This document shows, piece by piece, positions 48,998-60,611 of a stretch of 64,000 nucleotides of DNA (its first letter is position 1; each line of letters opens with the position of its first letter). This DNA is from Vitrella brassicaformis CCMP3155. Its lineage: Eukaryota > Protista > Chromerida. The stretch lies in contig CDMY01000040.1 in NCBI GenBank assembly GCA_001179505.1, positions 1 through 64,000 of the forward strand. Reading direction: 5' to 3'. The notes under the pieces were generated by a model. It made no database searches, had not been told where the DNA came from, and saw nothing but the letters and a program-made list of their open reading frames with translations. Position numbers and translations under genes: made by a program.

Positions 48998-50567
48998 CAC
49001 TGAGAGTAAGGTCAAAGGAGACAGGGATGTCTGTCGTGTCTCGCAATCAAACGAAGCACAGGAGACGGACACGTCGGAAATGGATGTCCAGATAGACGAC
49101 AGTCAGTCAATTTGGTTCGTCGGCATCCTGAATGATGGCCTCTATCGAGAGATGCGGCACCAATGTGGGTATTTCATCGTCATTCTCGGAGTGGCAAGAA
49201 CACCGTGTTATTCGCCTCGCAGCCTGCTCTTGTATGTTGTCGATAATGTACAGCTGCGCAAATTTTCGCGGATCGTTTGGATTTATCGGCATCAATCCAC
49301 CCATTCGATGGTACACCTCTCCATGGATTGTGAGCATCGCGGGAGGAATGCTGTTGCCGTACCGCTGCCGCACCTCTGACGTTGGGTCGTAGATCTTGGC
49401 GCCTGTCGACGCAAACTGAAATATGCAATTGTACATCCGCAACAACGCTATAAAATGGTTGGTTTGCTGATGTTGTCCGAGATACAGTTCACGCAGTGGG
49501 GTCGGCAGGTCTTCATCTTGCAGCGGAGGCAATTGAACCGTGCCTTTGCGACAGCAGAAGCTGCTAATGATGTGACCGTCTTTGCGCTCACACTCGTCAT
49601 CGAACAGCTGAGCGCCACAGTAGACATACTGACTGCTCATTGTCCCTGCATTGTGCTGCTCGATCAAGGACTCGTCGAAGTTGTCAATAGGGATGCGGAA
49701 CGACCGCAAAGTGGCTGTCCTCTGGGCCGCATTCCTGGCTCGTCGTGTTGCATTGACTTGATCAGCAGCCACTCTGTGACGGGCCCGTCGTCTTGCATCT
49801 GTCCCCTGTGCCGCTCGCTCTGAAGCGTTGGCCGCATAGCTGGCTCGTCGTGTTGCATTGCGTTGATCAGCAGCCACTCTGTCACGGGCTCGTCGTCTTG
49901 CATTTCGTTCGGTGGCCTCCATATGATGGCTCGCTCTTCTGCGAGTGTTGCGCTGGTCTTGCGCAAGGGGGCGACCACCTCTAAAGCAACACACACACAC
50001 ACACACAAACACAAACACAAACGCACACACAAAAACACAGCATTGTGATACTTGTGATTGCCTTTTTCAATGGCTCTTGCCTGGCAACTTCATTTGCTGT
50101 GCTCGACGGTGTTTCATTGGACACGTTCGAGCTAGCCGAAGCCTGCGAGTTTGCCGATCAGCAAAGGAAACGCTCCCCTCATTGTCGTCTAGCGCGATAA
50201 AAATGCAATTGTAAAAATGCGGTCCAATCCAGGTGACGTCAGGAGCTCCTTTTGGTGGGTTTGCGGCTCTCAGGACAGGCGTCAAGGAGCTCTATGTGCA
50301 AAGCTGTTGCTGTCGTTTTCACCCGGCTCAGCCTGACGACACAGCTCAGCTAGCCGTCAGGGGCTGCTCTTTCGAGTTTTTCTCGCTCTAGACGACTGAG
50401 GAGGAGCCCGTTGTGCAACGCTGTTCACAGGAGGACTCTCTTCGTGTGGGCGAGGGTGTGGGGGCGGAAAGGGAGGGAATTGGGAGGGAAGACAGGGATT
50501 TACAAGATCGGTAAAGTGCTCGCTAACCGCGGACGACCACGACCACGATTGTCCTATTTAGAATAGA
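48780..50567 (-). mobile_element. Non-autonomous (internally deleted) Helitron, 1788 bp
   Basis: 5' end A|TCTATTCTAAATAGG at 50567; 3' hairpin cccgcgc-gaa-gcgcggg (48790-48806), then CTAG|T at 48783-48780; inserted into an AT dinucleotide with no TSD; carries a Rep N-terminal fragment. Confidence 0.9.
49107..49980 (-). pseudogene. Helitron RepHel N-terminal fragment (Zn-finger-like region); HUH/Y2 Rep core and helicase absent
   Basis: YCGAQLFDDE...FCCRKGTVQLPPL...P.PLRELY...F...RMYNCIFQFASTG...IHGEVYHRMGGLMP...KFAQLYIID is the characteristic Helitron N-terminal motif series. Confidence 0.88.
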
Positions 50568-51452
50568 TTTTGTGTGTCGCTCGGGGCGCATTCGGTCACG
50601 GGCGGTGAGTGCAGTGGGACGAGACGAGAAATGCACGTGCAGAAAAGATGCGATGAGGACCTTTAGTGGATGCTCTCGTGTGTCACTCACTCACTGGTCG
50701 GTACACACACACTCACACTCGATCAGCAAGAGGAAGACGAATAAAATCAAATCAGCACACACGTCATTCCATCCATCCAAACTCCTATGCCATGAAAGCG
50801 GCCGTCTTGTGATGTGATGCCCCCCTCCACCCCTCGGACGGACATGTTTTGAAATGGCCATCTATCTATCTAGTTTGTATATATAAAGCCCTAGCCTAGC
50901 TGTTGTGTCAGGCACGCAGCAGTACGCGCCCACACGGGTGCTCCCAACCAACCAACCAACCAACCAACCAACCAGCCAGTCAGTCAGTCAGCCACATATG
51001 TATATGTACATATATGTATGCAAATACACTCACTCACACACATGCACACACGCATAAACCTAGGCACCCATCTCCCTAAGGCAGGCATGCAGGCAGGCAG
51101 GCAGGCACAGAACAGCAGCTATCGAATCAGTCCCCACGGCCGTCTGTCTGTCTGTCTGCCTGTCTGTCTGTCTGTCTGTGTGTCTGTTGTCGGAGTCATG
51201 TGCGTGGGAAAGGCAAAAACGACACACCGATATCGCATCCCGGCTGGCAGATACACAAGTCATTCACTCACTCACACACTCACTCAAGACTCGATGCAGC
51301 TCGCTCACGTCCCAGATGCATACAACAGACATACACCAAGAGAATGAAATGCCTGTGTGTGTGTGTGTGTGTCAGTTGTTCTCCCGCACACCCGCGTCGG
51401 CACATACACACACAAGCGATAAAGGAATGAGTGAGTGATGCATGGGTGTGTG

Positions 51453-53950
51453 TCAGTTCTTGAACAGTCCCTTGGCCATTCTCTTCTCCAGCTCGACGTT
51501 CCGCCCGGTGCTGCGGCCGGTGCTGCGGGTGGACGCGGCAAAGGCCACCACGCCGCCCCCCTGGGCCTTGGACAGAACAAACGCCACACACTTGATGGCC
51601 TGATCGATCACATCACACACACACACACAACTCATGGATGGATGGGCGACACAGTCCATCGTGTGCTGTCCCCTCTCACCTTCTCTTTGCTGTCGCGTGA
51701 GAGGGCGATCGTCTCGTCGCCCGCCAGCAGGGCCTTCAGGCGCTGAAACGAACTCAGCTGCGGCAGGTCACGTCAACAAGAAACAGATCACAGCGAGAAT
51801 GGGGGATGGTGCGGCCGGTACCTGTACGATGCGGTTGGCGACGGTGTTAGCGGTCGTCTGCGTCGTGAGCTTCTGCTCTTCGCCATACCTGCCAGAACAC
51901 AGACAGACAGACAAAGAGGGGTGTCTGTCTTCGCCGATGTTCCTCGGCCGTGGGGTTACTCACTTGGCGAGCAGTGTAAGTATATCGGCGATGCACTCGG
52001 TGACGCCGGGTTCGCCTTTGACATGCACCTTGCCCACAGCCATGTCCAGCAGCAGCTGGCACATGACACCAGGCAGCTCCTCATAACTCGACACCTGTGT
52101 CCCACACACACACACACACACACGCAGAGAGACAATCACACACACACACACGCATTTGTGTGTCCGTTGTGTGCATTGCATGGTCGAACTTCACCCGTTT
52201 GTCGTTTTCGAGCAGCTGATTGAGGAGCCCGACGCTGGGGCGGATGAGCGAGCCCTGGGTGAAGAAGCTCGGGTACCTGCTGCAGTGTGCCACACAGAAC
52301 CGACAGACACACACACTTGGCCTGATCGACGTGTGTTGCCTGTGTGTGTGTGTGTATCTGTGTGTATGTGTATGTGTGTGTTCCCTCACAAGAGTAGCCG
52401 CTCTCTCTCCACGCGGGTGCCGACGCCCTCCTCGTCACGCAGCAGCTTCAACACCACCGGCACAAAGCCGGCATCGATGATCTCGCCGATGTAGTGTCCT
52501 CGGCCTGAGCGGCCACACACTTCCAGAACATCCTGTGAGGCTGTGTTAGTCACGTGTGTGCGTGCGTTGATATACCTGCGGAGTTGCGAAGTAGGCTGCT
52601 GACGACAACGGTGACGTCGAGGTAGCCGAAGCCGATGCTCTGCGGCCGCAAGGCGGAGGCGATGGCCTTGAGTGTGGCGCCGTCGGCCATCACATGCCCG
52701 TACAACACATCCAGTACTGCACACACGCAGCCACACACGACAGGTACATCCAGACAGCTGTGGAGGTGCGTGTGCATCGATCTCTCTCTCTCTCCCGGGA
52801 TCCCTCACTTTTGGGCACTCTGTCAGGGAACATGTCGTCGTAGCTCCAGTCGAGCATGTAGAAAACCGTGCCCAGCAGGAGCCCAGCCGCGTACTTTGTG
52901 AACGTGTCGGCCGCGGGGTGATTGGCCGCCTTGACGAGGCGCTCGGCGTGAGGGACCATGTGCGTCTCCACCGCATCAATCGATGGACAGTGAGTCAGGC
53001 TCGGCTCGGCGCTGCGCGCCTCGCCTTCGCAATCAAAAGGGGTCACTGGAGGAATCTCTGTCTGTCTTGAATCGTAATGGAGAGAGAAGGTCGGGCGAAT
53101 GACCTTGACCGAGACCATCAACACACAGCACAGCACAGCATTGTGCGTGGGGCCATGCATGTGTGTGCATATTCGCGGCTCGCTTACTGTCCCAGGCGGT
53201 GTTGGAGAGGAGCTGGTTGACCATCTGGTTGATGCCCTTGCACCTCTGGTCGGCAGGACCCTCCCCATCGAGTGCCAGGTCGATAGTGTCGCCGAGCAGC
53301 CGCATCTACACATCTGGGGCCAGGTACGAAGAGAACATGTTGTCAGACGAGTAATAGTCGCACAGAAACGACACCGCGGCCTCGGCCAGACCGTCAGCCG
53401 TAGACTTCATGGCAGCCTTGGCACGGGCGATCATGTCTGGATGGCCGGTCAGCAGCACGTCGCGATAGTGCTTTGTGTTGCCCTTGCGGAACCCACCGGG
53501 CCCAAAGCTGCCGTTGGTGCGGTTTCCAAACCGGATGGCTGCACTCAGGAGGCTGAAGACCGCTGTGCTGAGATGGCAATCCTCGCTGCTGATCTGCTCA
53601 AGAGAAGCGAACAGCTGCTTGGCCTCGGCCGGCCTCCACGCAAAGGCGAAGCCCAGCTGCACGAGAGAGGTGAGGGCAGATGCGGCGAGGTGGTGGATCT
53701 CCATTTGCTGTGTCGGGTCGGCCAGCAACTCAACGAGCCGGTCACGAAGGGCCATACGATGCATGCCATCCTTGCCTTCGAGTTCCTTGACGGCCTCACG
53801 CGTGGCAGGATAGCCAGCCCCGTCATCAGCGGCCGCGAGGGACTTGAGCAGCATAGCGAGGCGCTTGAGGTGCGGGGCAGCCGCTTGAGGTGCCTCGGCA
53901 GTGACAAAGGCACGTACCGCCTCCACCAGATCGGGACGCCGCGAAGTCAT
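51453..53950 (-). CDS. Multi-exon alpha-solenoid (ARM/HEAT-like) protein
   Basis: Helical repeats such as RLVELLADP...HHLAASALTSLV and IIDAGFVPVVLKLL; about 9 GT-AG exons ending KGLFKN*. Confidence 0.55.
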
Positions 53951-54695
53951 AGCGGGAGGATGCAGGGAGTGCGACGCAGGGAGTGGGAATTTGGCTGTTG
54001 AGCTTGTTAAGGGATGCTGCAGATGTCTGAGCTGCCTCGAGCTGCCCAAGCGCACGGGCGGAATGAAATGTGCGAGATGAAGCGAGCGATCTACGAGACA
54101 CCCCACGCAATTTCATCAGCAGCAGTCTCAGATGCATCATAGGAGTCCCTGCACCATCTGATGCCGATGCCAAAGCATTGGGACGAAGATATGTGCTGCC
54201 TGGTCAACCCAACCAACGAAGGAGTGAAAGCTTCACGGATGCGCAACAAGAAATTACACAGCATAGTAGTATACTGTATCTGTGTGCGTGTTCTTCTCTT
54301 TGTCTCATATGTATTTGCAATTTTCCCGCGTCCGAAATGCATGTCTCGTTTCCCTGATGAGGAAGGGCACGTGTTTGCCTCTGTGTTCAAACGGATCCAT
54401 CCACTCTGATCTCATCTATCCATCCACACTCAGGCAGACGCATGCGCTGCGTCTGTCCATCAATAGCCCCGCCAGACATATACCTGCCCCCAGCACTACC
54501 TCACTCACTTACTCACTGATGCGTGTCTCACTGGCAGTCGGACTGCGATAGCTCCCAGCGCGCAAAGTGCCTGCCACAGACAGACAGACACACAAACGCA
54601 CACACACGCAGAGAGGAGCAATTAATCAGTCAGGAGTAGCCATGCGCCTCTCCATATTTCTCTTTGTGTGCACCTGAGTTGGCTGCTAGCGGGCC

Positions 54696-56026
54696 TCAGA
54701 TATATACGGATGCAACCGCGGGTAGCAGTTCGGCGAGGCGGTCGATCTTCTTGTGTGCGATGACCATCGTCAGCGGAAACCGGTCCAACCCATAGCAGTA
54801 ACGTTGCGCCTCCTCCGTGGTGGCCAGGCGGATGTGTATTGATGAGCTGTAGTTGACTATCAGGACGTGCGCTGCGATTGCATCGGCCTCCTTGTCACCG
54901 CACAAAATCACCAGACGATGTGAGATGCGGGCAATACCAATGTAGTCGATGGTGCGGCAATCAAACAGGGGCGGCGACCGGTCCATGAGGGCAAGGAGAC
55001 GATCATGCGCCATACGGCGCCTCTCGTGTGACTCGTCTGACTCGTCTGGCTCTCCGTCGACAGACAAGCGACGCGTGAACTCGCTTGTCACGAATCGCGC
55101 GTTCTTGACCAGCCTGAAGCGAAAATAGAGACGCGGCAGCCACGCTGCTCTTTTGTTGTCCCACTCGACTTGAAAGAAATGTGCGTACTCTGCGATGATC
55201 AGTGCTCGAAGGCTGCAATAGACATTGTCCCCAGACAGATCACTGGGGTCTGCAGACAGAGACACCAACACGAATCAGTTCAATCTGTGTTGGTTGATGC
55301 GCTACTCTTACATTTGCACACGGGGTCGGTGGCATCGAATCTGTCTTTAAAGGGACAGTCGCCCGGCACCGTCTGCCGTGTGTATACCGTCACACAACGC
55401 CCGCCCAGCATTTCCATGCCGTCGACTCCTCGCGTCAGTTCCATCCCCTCGCCCAGCCGGTGACTGTACAAGGAGTACTGGCGCAGAACCTCCAAGCGGT
55501 TGAGAAACAGATGCTTGTCGGCAGTCACCTTGAGCACATCAGCGGCCGTCACCATGAGAGGGAGAGACTGCAGTCGACCACTGCTCCTGGCCATATTGAG
55601 AATGACCGCATTCTCTGCTCACCGCCGCCCGCCCTTGACCAAGACCCACCACACCCGCATCAGATACTGTCCTCGGCTAATTGTCGGCTGCTGCCCCGCC
55701 TCTCCCCGAGGCTGCCGCGTGTCGTTATGCTTCTCGTAGGTAAGCAGTCTGTGGATGCCGTGTCGCCGCAGGAGCCCGTCGATGCGCCGCTCAATGCTGT
55801 TGGCGACGGCGTCGCTGAGGACGAGCGTGCGCATGTGGGTGGCAGAGAACAGAGATGCGCAGCCCTCTCCCCCGAGCAATTTTCTCAACTCATTCGCCAG
55901 CACGGGGAGCTCGTAAGGCCCCAGCTGACCAATGCGCGCGAGAAGGGAGAAATGCGGCTCTGCGGGCTCTGAAGAACAGGCACTTGCAGTGGCCTGAAGG
56001 ATGGATAGCAAAGACAAGAGGGGCAT
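54696..56026 (-). CDS. Hypothetical protein, 2 main exons, with in-frame TGA at 55619-55621; start uncertain
   Basis: ORFs 55619-56437 and 55280-55594 share a frame and are separated by one TGA; an intron at about 55308-55250 links to ORF 54696-55271. Confidence 0.55.
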
Positions 56027-56287
56027 TGTTTCTCGAGAACGGCTCTGCCACAGACAATTCATCGAGTGGCCGTGCGGCATAATGATTGTCTCTTTATTCA
56101 CCTGTGCACGTATGTGAGTCCCAGGGCCGGAATGTGGCGAATTGGCCATCGTGGAGCACCGACGGATTCTCGCCGTGTTTGAAGGCAAGAGGCCACACAG
56201 ACGGGTCCCTGGGAAAGGTGGATATGCAGATGCTTGATCGGTTCCTGGTCCCCGGCCTGCAGCGGGAGAAACGGCAAGGCCAATTTT

Positions 56288-56309
56288 TGCGAGCTTGGCA
56301 ATGCGAGCT
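56288..56309 (+). promoter_or_regulatory. Two tandem TGCGAGCT motifs (56288-56295, 56302-56309)
   Basis: In the divergent interval upstream of the ApiAP2 gene. Confidence 0.5.
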
Positions 56310-56748
56310 TTGCAAAAATCAGGGAGCGTAGCAACAGCACAGCAGGTCGATGAGGATGCATCCATCCCTTGAGGAATAGAAAGCAATCGCGGAGGTAAGC
56401 AGAAATGACACTGGTGTGGTGGTCCTCTGCATCCCAAAGGACATCATTTCCCTGTGTTGTTATCAGTTGCTGCAGCACCTGCCTGTGCTGTTATCAGTTG
56501 TTGGACGAACAGGCGCAATGTTCCGCTCTGCGGCGGCGCAGGAACGGGAGGCACTGTGAAGCGGGGGGACAGTCAGGCATCGCACGCCATGGCGACTTGC
56601 AAAGTGAGACCAAAAAGGGACTACCCAACGCCATCTGACAGAGCGCTTTGACCTGGGTGCGTGGTGTGTGCTGCATCTTCTGCAGGGCCAGTCGTCATCT
56701 GCGTCTGGGGAAGGAGTCCCTAAGATTTTCAGCGCCCTGCCGCCCGGC

Positions 56749-58109
56749 ATGCGAGCGCAGAGCCTCAGACAGACCCTGGGAGTGTCGCTGCCCTACCCAA
56801 CCATCCCTTCCGACACCGCTGATACGAAGCGTGGAGCACAGCCGGGATCATCATCATCGGCATCAGCAGCGTCGGCATCGCACCCACCCCCACCACCTCC
56901 CCCTCCCCATCCCTCCTACTCTCAGTACAACGATCTCACCATGTTCATCCTGGCACAGCAACAGCAGCAGCCTGACGAGCCGCCCAAGAAGCGGCAGCGG
57001 CCGGCCATGGAAGGGGCTGGCGAGGGGGAGGGGGCGGAGGGCAAGGAGAGACCCGCGGGAATCGAGAGGAAAGACGAAGGGTCTCCTTTCTCGATGTTGC
57101 AGGTGGGTGGGATGAGTCACGCGCTTACACGTACCTACGTACATGTACAAACCTCCACACACTGCTGTTGTTGCTGCTGTGTATATGTGTGTGTGTGTAG
57201 CAAGCCAGCATGGAGATGTTAGCTAGCTTGGGCTATGCCGGTGGGCCCTGGGCCTCACTCGTGGGCATGGACAAAGGGGCTGCCGCCGCCGCCTATCAGC
57301 AGCTCCTCCTCCTCGCTCAGGAAGACCCCGACGCAGCGGCACTGCAGCTCTCTCACGGTCGTGCCACAGGTGAGTCAGGTCAAGTCAGAACACCACAGCA
57401 TGCACATTCATGCCCTCTTGCTCTCTCCTTGCCTGTGTGTGCAGGCGCAGATATGTCCATGCCCCCCAAGGAGCGTCCGGCCTCGACCGAGCGCCGCAAG
57501 TACTTCACGGGTGCGTTCAGTCCGAGCCAGGGTGTGTCGTGGGACCGCGACCGCAAGGTGTGGGTCGCCCAGTGGAAGGCCACTGACGGGTCGCGGCAGA
57601 AGCGGGCCTTTGACCCCCGCCAGTACGGCTTCGATGGGGCCAAGCAAAAGGCCCTGGCAGCCCGCATGCGGGCCGAGGCGGACGGGCAGGTATCCGTCCC
57701 TCAGAAGGCGGAGTTCACCTGTGACAGGCGGGGAGTCCACTACGACAAGGGTATGTACGTGGGTGGTTTGGATGGATGGATGGGGGAATGCTTGTCTGTC
57801 TGTCTGTGTGTGTGTGTGTTCATGCCTCATGCAGATAAGGGGTGTTGGACGGCGACGTGGTTCGAGAAGGGCAAGCGTCGGTCGAAGCGATTCTCGTGCC
57901 GCAAGCTGGGCCACGACGAGGCCAAGAAGCAGGCCATGGAGCACCGGACAGCTATGGAGCAGCAGCACTACACATTCCACAACGAATCTGACAACACCAG
58001 CACAGACACCAACGCACCCGCCCCCGCACCCGCCCCTGCCCTCAGTCTGCAAGCCTACCAGTACCAAGAGCAGCAGATCCAGCGCCAGCAGGGGCCACAG
58101 CAGCAGTGA
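56749..58109 (+). CDS. ApiAP2 transcription factor with two tandem AP2 domains, 4 exons; start uncertain
   Basis: GVSWDRDRKVWVAQW...QKRAFDPRQYGFDGAKQKALAAR and GVHYDK|DKGCWTATW...RSKRFSCRKLGHDEAKKQAMEHR. Confidence 0.9.
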
Positions 58110-58169
58110 GTGAGACATACCGCGGGTGTGTGGTGTGTAGATATTATGGCTTCTGGCTGGCTGCTGGGG

Positions 58170-58469
58170 NNNNNNNNNNNNNNNNNNNNNNNNNNNNNNN
58201 NNNNNNNNNNNNNNNNNNNNNNNNNNNNNNNNNNNNNNNNNNNNNNNNNNNNNNNNNNNNNNNNNNNNNNNNNNNNNNNNNNNNNNNNNNNNNNNNNNNN
58301 NNNNNNNNNNNNNNNNNNNNNNNNNNNNNNNNNNNNNNNNNNNNNNNNNNNNNNNNNNNNNNNNNNNNNNNNNNNNNNNNNNNNNNNNNNNNNNNNNNNN
58401 NNNNNNNNNNNNNNNNNNNNNNNNNNNNNNNNNNNNNNNNNNNNNNNNNNNNNNNNNNNNNNNNNNNNN
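58170..58469. other. Assembly gap (300 N) flanked by G runs
   Basis: N run. Confidence 1.
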
Positions 58470-58788
58470 CGGGGGGAGGTGTCGGGGGGCGATCTGCTTT
58501 CTCATTGAAACCGTGTGCGTGCAGTGTTGGATCTGTGTACGACCGCCAGTCTCGGCGCATCCCTGAGCTCATGTTGGGAGCAGCCACTTCCGACAAGAGT
58601 TTGGTGCGGTGTTCGTACTGGTGGACGCAGACAGATCTGATCAGTTGACGCACAATCAGACGATTGAACCCTACGTGAGACGACTTGTGTGCAACATGTA
58701 CAGTATACGCTGCCATTGACAGCGCCTGGCGCCAAAACGGCTCGAGACGCCGCCCCCACGTGCCCCCATGCATGGTGCAAAGTGAATC

Positions 58789-60287
58789 ATGCAGAGTGAA
58801 TCAGGTGCTGCCTTGCCGGTTGCGTCGGCCCCGGTTGCGCAGGCGTCGCCCGAGGCCCTGGAGCGTGGCTTCTGCCTCAACGAGGACCTCTCCAACGCCA
58901 TGGCCAACGTCGAATTCAACATCGCACTCAAGAAACAACCACCAGCAAAGAGGGTAGGTACTACCTACTGTGCCGCCGCCTTTTATCTCCATCCACATAC
59001 ATGAGACAGATAGACAGACAGACAGACAGATCTTGAGGCCGTCTCTTCTCCCTCTCTCTGTCTCATGGCAGGTGGTGGTTTCCTACGTCAAGCAGCCGTC
59101 CATGATGGCCCTCAGCCGACGCCACTCGGCCCTCTCCACGCGTTCATCCACTGCAGGCGGCCGCCGGCCTTCTCAGAGCCTTGACTCCGCCCTCTCGAGG
59201 CTGGGTTCGGGAGGAGGTGGGCTCGGGCGTCGGCGGTCGATAGTGCCGTTTGATGAGCTTGTGGAGAGTTATGTGTCGAGGGAGCAGAGCTGGTTGGGCG
59301 GGAGGGCCAGGCGGGTACCCAAACAGCGGGCATGGAGGTGAGTGAGTGGGACGTACGTGGGGGAGGAGGCGAATGAGTGAGTGGATGAATGCGTGTCGGA
59401 TGTCTTGTGTCTCGTGCCTTAATTACTGTAGGTATGAGTTTGTGGGTCCTGTGCCGGCCTGCTGCTGGAAGGACACTCTCGAGCCGCCGCCGCAGGTGAC
59501 CTGCATGCACCATACAGGCATCACAAAACCTCTGCACTGCTGTCTCTGGTCCATCCATCTCTGCACGCAATGCAGAAGACGAGGGGCTTCCGCTTCGCCC
59601 GTCCCCCGTCAGCGCCTCCATCTCGCAAGACTGCTCATCCTGCATCACCACCCCAACACCAGCCACCGCCACAACCGAGACCGCGACAGGCCGCCCCTGA
59701 GAAGCCCCCTCCTGGCTTCCGTCCCACCACAGTGGAAGCGCCGCCTCTCTCAAGGCCTCAAACAGCGCCGGCGAAGCGTCAGAGGCCCAAGACGGCGACA
59801 CCGACCATGATGGGGACCAATAAAAGGCCTCTGAGTGTGCGAACACCGGCTCCAGGGAGTCCTGTGGCTGTTGGAGTGGTTTCCCCTCCCTCACAGCGGT
59901 CGAGGCCCCGCTCGGCCAAGCCCATGACGTGTTCTGCTGGAAGGGAAGGTGTGTGGGTGTATCATGCGAATCTGAGGGAGGCGGAGGTGACGACGCAGGA
60001 GGGGCCGAGGTCACAGAGAAGGTCAGAAATATGTGGATACCATAGGTGTGTGTCCTTGAGACATCCTCATGGATTGATTACATTTGTCTGCGTGTGCGTG
60101 TGGCTGCAGGTATAACATTGGCGCCAGTTTGTTGGAGCATCAGCAGCGGCAGAGGGGCTGGGGTGCGGGCACCTACCCGCCATCACACAGGCCACTGGTG
60201 CCGGTGATCGACCCCCTGCCGGACAGATGTGTGCGTGCGGATGGTGGAGGCGCAGATGACCTGCTGCATATCCCTTTTGCTCTCTGA
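58789..60287 (+). CDS. Multi-exon low-complexity Pro/Ser/Arg-rich hypothetical protein
   Basis: Exons ...FCLNEDLSNAMANVEFNIALKKQPPAKR|VVVSYVKQPSM...; RPQTAP/RPKTA/RPRSA motifs. 3' end uncertain. Confidence 0.5.
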
Positions 60288-60611
60288 ATCAGTCAATGTC
60301 GGCCGTCGGTGCCGGTGTTTCTCTCCGTCTTCGTCTTTGCCTGTGTGTGGCAGGGCAGTGAGCACCGCTTATGTGTCTCTGTCGGATCGCAAAACTGCAC
60401 TTTCGTATGCATTGACTGATTGACATCTCCATGGATGACTTTCTGCTGAGTCTGCCTGTCCGTCAGTGTCATTGTCCCATGTCCATCAACAAACATTGTA
60501 CACACACACATATACAGACATACACACACACAGGCATGCATTTCCATTCTCTACATCGACCGACCAGTGGCACACGCACTCCACTCCCGCGCTGTCTGTC
60601 TCTTGTTTCAG

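Noticed and set aside
50861-50900. A|TCTATCTATCTAGTTTGTATATATAAAG, resembling a second Helitron 5' end on the plus strand
   Set aside because: No matching hairpin plus CTRR|T 3' end was found before the next gene; it could be an ordinary AT-rich patch.
15085-58476. Poly-C/poly-G runs at three gap edges as functional G-quadruplex elements
   Set aside because: Most simply explained as sequences where short-read assembly breaks; true lengths are unknown.
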